DNA of 64,000 nucleotides, from NCBI RefSeq assembly GCF_963921235.1, contig NC_086097.1, positions 86,740,001 through 86,804,000 of the forward strand, in the 5' to 3' direction. Under the pieces are notes generated by a model. It saw only the letters and a program-made list of their open reading frames with translations, searched no databases and was not told the origin of the DNA. Below, one piece after another: positions 55,831-64,000 of this stretch. Position numbers and translations under genes: made by a program. This stretch comes from Mobula hypostoma. Its lineage: Eukaryota. The stretch's first letter is position 1, and each line of letters opens with the position of its first letter.

Positions 55831-57574
55831 TTAGTGAGCTGATGGAAATGTGCGAGAGAGGATAAGTTGCAAGGCTAAAGGAAATAAGGTTTTGGAAATT
55901 AAAATAATGTGATTATTCCCTTTGTAGCCAGCAGATTCAGTTTGTCAGATGGCTTTGTTATACCATGAGTGGCAAATTATTTAACCCCTTCATACTTATC
56001 AATTGGATTATGATTGATCCATACTTCCCATTCACCTGTCTCTGTTTCATGTCCCTTTCAGACTTGAAGAACAAAAAATTGTCATTCTAATCCTTCAAAA
56101 TGTCAGTTGACCCAGCCAACTTGGCCTTTTGGCACTTGTTATATATTTTCCTACTTATTATGTGTGTGTATGTTGGGAGTGGGTGGGGAGTGGCAACAAG
56201 CTTCCTGATTCACTTATAAATGTTTCAATTCCAATCTTGCCCAGCTTGCACATCAGAGAAAATACTTACTCAGTATATATCCTGTTGAATCCCCTGATAA
56301 TTTTAAATATCACTCGATTTTATAAACTTTGTTGATAAAAACCAAGATTATGTCATGTATTCCTAATTTTATAATGTCTTAGCCTTAGTAACATTCCAGT
56401 GGATCTGTGTTGTGTTTCCACCATAGCCAAATACTTTAGAAGTCCAGTACTTTTCTCCAGAAATGGGGCCTAAAATTAATCGCCATTCTCTTAGTGGGTC
56501 TGACTAAGTTTCTGTGAAATTGAGTTGCCATTCCTTTACTTTTGTTTTGCAATTTTCTTAAAGGTTAACTTTTTTCCTAATCTTTGTCTAGTAATTTGTA
56601 TACTTGGATACCTCTATCTATCACCACAGTTTTTAGTATTTCACTAATAAGGAGTGTTGTGAAAACAAAACGTTGCTGATGATATGGATCAGAAACAAAG
56701 CAGAAGTTCGAGCATCATCTGTGGAGGGAGAAAAAGTGTTTGTTTCAGGCTGATGGCTTTTCGCTTGAGTAAGAAGTTAAAGATAAAACTGGTATTAATT
56801 TGGAGAAAAAGTGGAGAGGATGTACAGAATAATCTGTCATGGATGAAGAGCAGGAAAGAAATAGTGATAAACAGATTCTGCAGAAATAGGCAAATACGTA
56901 TCCAAGGTCTCAGGCTTATTTTTCCTTCTTATCTAAAGTAAGGCTCTTGCATTGACCTCAACTCTGCCTTAGTCTGTTAGTATTCTTTTATAACCTCGTC
57001 TCTTTCCCTGATATGCTTTGTTTATTTCTAACTTAAAAGCGAGCTGAAAAATTGAGAAACTGCACTTACCACATCAAGTCAATTAAAAAACACTTTCTTT
57101 ACCCCTACTTTGCCTCCTTTTATAGGGATTACTTTCACTCTGGGCCCAGTTCCCTCTTAGTAATGGTTCAGGGATAGACAGTACACAAAGAAAATTTTGT
57201 AGAGCAGTGGTGAATTTCTCAAGCAACTTGGTATATTCAGGCCTTTGTACAGTGTGCACTGGGGAGCACTTCGAGGGAGCTCAAATATTAATCCAAAGAA
57301 CTTGCAGTAATTTCATGTTACAATAATTATATGCCGATTTAATAATTTCACAATAATGCATCTGTAATCCACTTTTCTTTGTAGTTATACTGTATTTGTT
57401 TATCTCTGCCTGAAGTGATATTCCCCCCCCCATATTCTAAGTTATGATCTTGTTTTACTACCATGACTCTGCCAATTGCAAGATGAGCTCTTCTTTACTA
57501 AGCCTACATTCCAACCTTCATTGGTTTATATCTGCTTCAGCTGGCTGTGCCTTGGCATCGTTCTAATTTTTAAA

Positions 57575-57710
57575 CATGAGAAAGTCTGCAGATGCTGGAA
57601 ATCGAAAGCAACACACACAAAATTCTGGAAGAACTCAGCAGGTCAGGCAGCATCTAAGGAAATGAATAGATAGTTGCTGTTTCCGGCTGAGACCATTCTT
57701 TAGGACAGAG
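57575..57710 (-). mobile_element. PLE terminal fragment with dead hammerhead
   Basis: tctgcagatgctggaaatcgaaagcaacacacacaaaattctggaagaactcagcaggtcaggcagcatct; core mutated to CTAAAGA. Confidence 0.7.
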
Positions 57711-57749
57711 AAGTGAGAGGAAGGATGATTTTCTAATTTTTATTTTGTG

Positions 57750-58010
57750 GAGGTACATAGCGGAATAGGCTCTTTGAGCCGTTCCGCCCACTCGATTTAA
57801 CCCTAGCCTAATTACGGGACAATTTGCAATGAGTGATTAACCTATCAACCCATACATCTTCAGAATGTGGGAGGAAACCGGAGCACCTGGAGGAAACCCA
57901 TGCAGTTAGTGGGAGAATGTAGAAACTCCTTACATGCAGCAGCAGGAATTAAAACTGGGTGGCTAGCATTGTACAGCGTTGTGTGTATCACTGCACCACT
58001 GTGCTGCCCC
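57750..58010 (-). mobile_element. V-SINE (HE1-like)
   Basis: tgtgggaggaaaccggagcacctggaggaaacccatgc is the reverse V-domain; tRNA-like head at ~57970-58010. Confidence 0.75.
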
Positions 58011-59648
58011 AAAGCAAACAAATTTGTACTGTATAGTGCCTATATTGACCATATTACAAATTTTCCCAAGTTTCTTATGATTCACAGAATTCCATCTTTC
58101 ACTTCCCATCTCTTTATCAACTAATGACCGTCAATTAATGAATGATCCATGCTATGCACTTGACTTTAACTAATAATCTTCAACCTAACTCCATTTAATT
58201 ACATTTACTGGTATTAATGGTCATCTTCAAAACTATATTTGAACTTGGAAAGTGTATGTTTTCCTAGTAATAAACGAATGGAAGAACTAAGGTTACAAGA
58301 GGAAATTTCTTTGGAGGAGGCGAGGGTATTCCTTTCCCCAAATTTATCTTAACCGTATATTAAGTCATGATTAATGTGCATTGTACAGTAACTATATTTG
58401 CCTTCATTTTTGTGGCAACAGTCTCTGATTTTAAAAAATCTTTCAGTCTCAGTCTTGAAAATTAGAAATAAGAACAATGAAACTAATCTTATTTGTTTTT
58501 AAGAGACATCAGAAGCTGAAGATGCTGCAATCTAGAGCTACAAACAATCTGTTGGAGGAACTCTGCACATCTTTGGAGGGAAAGTAATTGTCTGTTTTGA
58601 GTCCAAACCCTGCATTAGTCCTGAAACCCTGACAATTTCTCCAGCAGATTGTTTGTTGTATTTGTTTTATTTTTAACCTCTGCTCTTTCCATCTTTATTT
58701 TGTACTTTTCTCACATTTGGGGTATAGTTTCTTGCTCTGATGTGAACTGTTGGTAGAGTTCATAGCTAGAAAATGAATTGCTGAAGGTTATGAAACAATA
58801 GTTGATAGATTCATGGATTAAGGTCAGCTTTATTTTTATTATATTTTGGTGCATTTTTCCAGAAGATTTGCTGGATCGTGATCAGGAACAGAACATCTAT
58901 CTGATATTCTTTCTGTTGCTATTCCAGGATGTCTCACAGCAAATGCAGTGGTGTCAATTACTGCTCTTTTTGAGAACATATGATGCATTTTAGGCTATGT
59001 TTAATCTAGAATCTTCTGAATCCTTTTTAAATTGTTTATTAATGTTGTTGATAATTTTCCCTTACATGAAAGGGGGGGGGGGTCATGCAGCTCCTCCGTT
59101 GTTGTACCTGTAATTTTGTAACTGAACTAACATGAATAATGGAGCAGGACAGATGTTTTTCTAGTTTTCCAATTGACTGTGAAATACTGGAGAAGTAACA
59201 GTAGCTTGTCAGAGTTGAAGATCTGGTAGATACTCAAGTCGAAACCACTTTGCCACCTGAACTTGATTGTAGTTTTAAATGTGTGGAAAGTGGATTGATG
59301 TTATGACTGGCATCATTTGAAATAAGTGAAATTGGAAGGCTACTATGATGTTTCTAATAGTGCTATTACTCAATTGAAGTTTAAATTGTATTATTTATAG
59401 CTGAAAGGCTGTCTAGCATTTTAGTTGTAAACTGTTGACGTGGCACCATCTGAAGATTGACATCTTCCCCCTTTTATTTTTTGAGACTTAAGTTATTCGT
59501 AATGTTGCTTATGATTTAAAAATGAAAAGTCAGCTGAGCTACTGAAATTTTCAAAATATAATTGACAATATCTTCAACCAGTTACAAAGCAAGTAAGATT
59601 TGTAATTTTCATCAACTAATGTTTCCTACCACTCTTTCTCCTTTGCAG

Positions 59649-59706
59649 GGACACAGATTCCCATCTGTCAAGTTCTACCTCAGTTAGATTTTATCCACAT
59701 GATCTA
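59649..59706 (+). CDS. PCNX1: PCNX1 exon G (58 nt; W-DTDSHLSSSTSVRFYPHDL)
   Basis: ctttgcag|G GAC...CTA|gtaagt, phase 2-0. Confidence 0.94.
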
Positions 59707-60465
59707 GTAAGTATTGGATATAAAGCTGTGCATGCAAAAGTAGTTTATTGTGGTGTATGTTTTAGAATCTGTTCAAAATGTCAGATTGTAGATATGCTGC
59801 AGAAAAAGGAAATGCTACAAAAATATTACAATCTGGTTGCCATAGTAGTAAAAAAAATGTAAATCTTGAGTTAGATCAGTCATGAGATATACTTGCATCT
59901 TTTTGTGTAGCATTCTCTGATTACATGAGCAAGGAAGTATATTAAAAAGGCTAAATTGGGCATTTGGATATCAAGTAGGTCGAGTCAGTCTACAAAACAG
60001 GTTTACATAAAGTAATGGGTATATATGTCAAAGATCTCAGCTGCACATTGCATTTCTGGTTTTCTACTACCCACTTTATAAAGGAATAAGACTAAATGAC
60101 TTAAACAATAAACCTCTACTGGAACACGACTGTGTTAGATTGTACCTCGCACACTGTATAATTATACTTCCTGATTACTGTTAACAGACACGTTGTGTAT
60201 CCTGATTAAGAGTAATCCCACTCTCTGAATCTAATATAAAACTATGCTGCATTGGCAGGGACTCCTGGAAATGATTTGCAGCATAGAGGTTGTTAGACCA
60301 AAAATAACCTTTCACTTTAGGAAATGATCAAACAAAAAATTACAAGTGAAAATTTTCAGAAGAATTGCAATTTAAAAAAAAAATGCAGTTTAACATCCAC
60401 TTCGCTTTGGAAATGTGTTCAGAATGAAATGTTAGTTGCTGGTACCTGTCAGTTTGGCTCTAAAG

Positions 60466-60544
60466 CAGGGGCTCCCACTCTTTTTATGCCAAGGACCCCT
60501 ACCATTAACCGAGGGGTCTATGGACTCCAGATTGGGAATCTCAG
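60466..60544. mobile_element. 79-bp hAT-Charlie MITE
   Basis: TIRs CAGGGGCTCCCACTC / GATTGGGAATCTCAG; TSD CTCTAAAG (60458-65) / CTCTAAAC (60545-52); internal GACCCCT/AGGGGTC stem. Confidence 0.8.
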
Positions 60545-60745
60545 CTCTAAACAATGTTTCCAATAATTAAATCGGCAAGCTTTCTTCAAATGAAAAATAA
60601 AGTGCAAATTTATACATTAGCATCAAGCATTAACCAGGCTGCTGGAGGAACTCAGTGGCCAGGTCATGTCCTCACATAAGTGTCCTGGTGCAGAGTCTCC
60701 ACCTGAAATGTTGGCTATCCCCTTGCCTCCACAGATGCTGCCTGA

Positions 60746-61066
<321 letters not shown>

Positions 61067-63565
61067 TAACCATTCAAGGCACAGACATTTGTGCCTCTTT
61101 TATAGAGTAAAAAGTTGTCACATGGAATAATCCTTGATATTTTTTCCTCCATTTTTTTCAAATGGTATATAACTCTATAAGTGCTGACAAGTCGCTGGTA
61201 TAATCACAATTGCCCCTGAAAGTTTAGATAGCAAATGCTTGCGGATCATTTATCTATAGAGTTGATCACAGTTCCTCAGAAATGTTCTCTTCTCATTACA
61301 AAACACAGGTGCTTTTTGCATTTAATGAAGAATGGAAGCACCGACTTGAATTTCAATGTCCAAAGCGAAAAGTCGCTGACTAGTATTTGAAAGTAGTCTG
61401 GTCAGTGCTCCATCTTGTATTGCCACACATTTTCCTGAAAGAGGCTTTATAACTCACTTGCTGACTTGTATTCCCGAGGTTGTCTTTTTTTAGGATGGGA
61501 AAGGTGATCTTACTGGCCCAGGTATCCCTAAAGTTGAACAGTAAGGCCGTGAGTGGTGGGTAATCCTCCAATGACATAAGTGAATAACATGGCTGGATAC
61601 AAGTCCTCCCTCCATCTATTAAAGTTGACTGCAGCTGAATTCTCTTGACACTGGGAAGCATACGAATGGCCATCAACTGAAACAACTCAGTAAAAAGTAT
61701 TAATATTAAAAAGAAGCAAAATAAGCCACGAGCATTTGAACAGCTTTACCAGGAACCTTCTGTGTGTGACTGCTAATTATTTTAATAATACTGCATGTCC
61801 TAGTCCTGTTCCAAATTTTAATATAGTTTCAAAACAAGGCTTTTTAATGACGCAAAGATCCAAAAATTGAAGAACTGAAGGTCACAGGAAATGTCATTTT
61901 AATTTTTGTAGCAAAGCATTATGTTACTAAATAAATTGTTCTTAACCTGTTTAAAATAAATGTTGGAAAGAGATCACTGATGGACAAATGAGTATTCCCA
62001 TTGTGTAATTTCAAGTCTGCAATCAAATGTTACTGGGAATCTCTCACTTTCTGTAATTTAAAGGTCTACTTCTTGTTTATAGGATCAAATTTTATACCAA
62101 CCATAAGTAAATAAATATTGGCTAACTGCTGGTTGCAGTGTTGCTTGCAAAATGACCATTTGCAGAATGCTTTGAATCAAAAATTACTGCTTTCTTGTTA
62201 ACTTATTGATTTAGATGATGATGACTTTTTCTGTACCTCAGAGTTTGTTGTGCAGCAGGCAAAATGAAACTCTTAGGGATACTGCAGGGTAGCTGAAAGC
62301 TGGAATTAATATACATATAAAGAATAAGGAGGGTCAAGGGTATTTACTGTTTTGTTTGCTGTAGCATCTATCTGTAAAAGTTTGTAACAGATGAAGCCTA
62401 TTCATCCTTTATGAATGTAATACTTCCACAAAGATTGTGCGCAGATCATAGTTGGATTTTTTTTTTACTTTTAAGTTAGTTGAGATCCTTATTTTGTGCA
62501 ATTAGCACAAAGTGTGTGATTGCATGATGGGTTACTTTTTGAGCAGACACCAGAAATGTAGTTTCTGTACTGCTTTTTTTATGATATGATACATTTTTAG
62601 CCAATACTTTAGTGACCACACATTCAGGAAGGCTGGAAAAGTAGCCTTCAGTAATTCAGACCATTAACACCTGGATATGGGTGGATATGTTGATGATTTT
62701 GGGCACCTCAACGTTGCTTTCGGGGTCGTTCTGATTTCATTTAAGTAATTGTTAGATTACATAACTCCTTGCAGTCATTCTTTTCTAGGTTCTATTCACA
62801 TAGGATTGGTCTTGACCAGAGACCCACATGAATTAATCAAAAAACATAGATGTTATTCATTACAATGCTTTGAAGTTCATTTATTTCAGCCAGAGGTTGT
62901 AATCAACTGAATGACCAACATGGTGTCACCACTGTGATGATCTTGTCGTTCAGCCAGTTACTCCTTTTCCATTGTAAAATAAATTGTCCAGTTGCAAGTG
63001 AGAACAGATGGCCTGCTCTTTAGGAGCCTTGGGAACATTATATGAAGGAAAATGCACCCTAGTTTACTTACCTACCTCCAGGCGAATAAGCAAGGTAATC
63101 GTTGAGCACTGTTGATAAAAATTCCAAATTATTTGATGAGATTCTCATTCAAGGTCCAGCATCTACTCTTGTGATAAACCGGTTGTATTCCATGATGTAC
63201 TGAGATTTTACAGCAGAGTAATAAAGTAAATAAAGAATATGCTACCTTCATCCTTTTTTATTTGGCAAATAAAGATATGTATTGCTGGTTGTAGTTTAAT
63301 AGAAAATTGGATTGAACCCTGGAATTAAGTTCTCAAATTACATGTAGAATTTTCAGAATAAGGATCAAACCTAGCTTCATTAAAATAACTCGAAACAATT
63401 TGACTAAAAATTAGTGTTGTGGAAGTGCTGTTGCATTTGGTTGTATATCTCTTGTTATGTTTCTTATTATGCACAGGTTGCAAACTGGCCAAGTGAAGTA
63501 GATCAGTTCCAATTTCTGTGCTCTACATTGATTACCACAATAATGTACTGAAATAGTATGTCTGA

Positions 63566-63763
<198 letters not shown>

Positions 63764-64000
63764 TGACAAAATACCAACAAATTGCAAAATATATTATAAT
63801 TTCTTCATTTCATTTTAATAGAGTGTGCAGCCTGATTCTTCCTCTCCAAGACATGTAAGTTTATCTGGTTTGTTCTTTAATAAACACCTGTTCTCTTTCT
63901 TTTTTCTGTTATTCCTTACCATTGATTTAATTTGATGTATGTCAGTGGGGAAACAATATTTCATTGCTATATATTGGTTATTTCTGCTTTTAGATAGGAA

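Noticed and set aside
61336..61346. AAGCACCGACT resembles the reverse of a Cas9 tracrRNA tail
   Set aside because: An 11-nt match in vertebrate intron DNA, with no CRISPR repeats or cas genes in the window.
61494..61548. Possible exon after tctttttttAG with several GT donors (including GTATCCCT)
   Set aside because: All candidate lengths (10, 28, 47, 55 nt) shift the frame and the peptide does not resemble pecanex; cannot be supported without RNA data.

Overview
AT-rich vertebrate genomic DNA, most likely a cartilaginous fish (inferred from V-SINE/HE1-like, CR1, Rex1-Babar and Penelope-like repeats). The window appears to lie wholly inside one + strand gene, pecanex 1 (PCNX1). Nine internal coding exons (4152-63730) join into one open frame through GT-AG introns with compatible phases. 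They encode the Ser-rich N-terminal region and the start of the transmembrane region; the gene's start and end lie outside the window. The introns are full of mostly decayed transposons: CR1, L1, Rex1/Babar, an internally deleted Gypsy, hAT-Charlie and Tigger-like elements, tRNA-derived SINEs and Penelope-like elements (PLE). Most notable are: (1) a 1.9-kb head-to-head PLE insertion with a 13-bp TSD and ~870-bp inverted arms, carrying an open GIY-YIG frame and an intact minimal hammerhead ribozyme in the sense of the PCNX1 pre-mRNA; (2) a PCNX1 splice acceptor built from a CR1 3' tail; (3) a non-coding YY1-headed retroposon family in three copies; (4) a five-layer transposon nest; (5) candidate micro/relic exons in the 21-kb intron. 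Comparisons with human PCNX1 are from memory, no database searches were run, and TE boundaries without TSDs are approximate.
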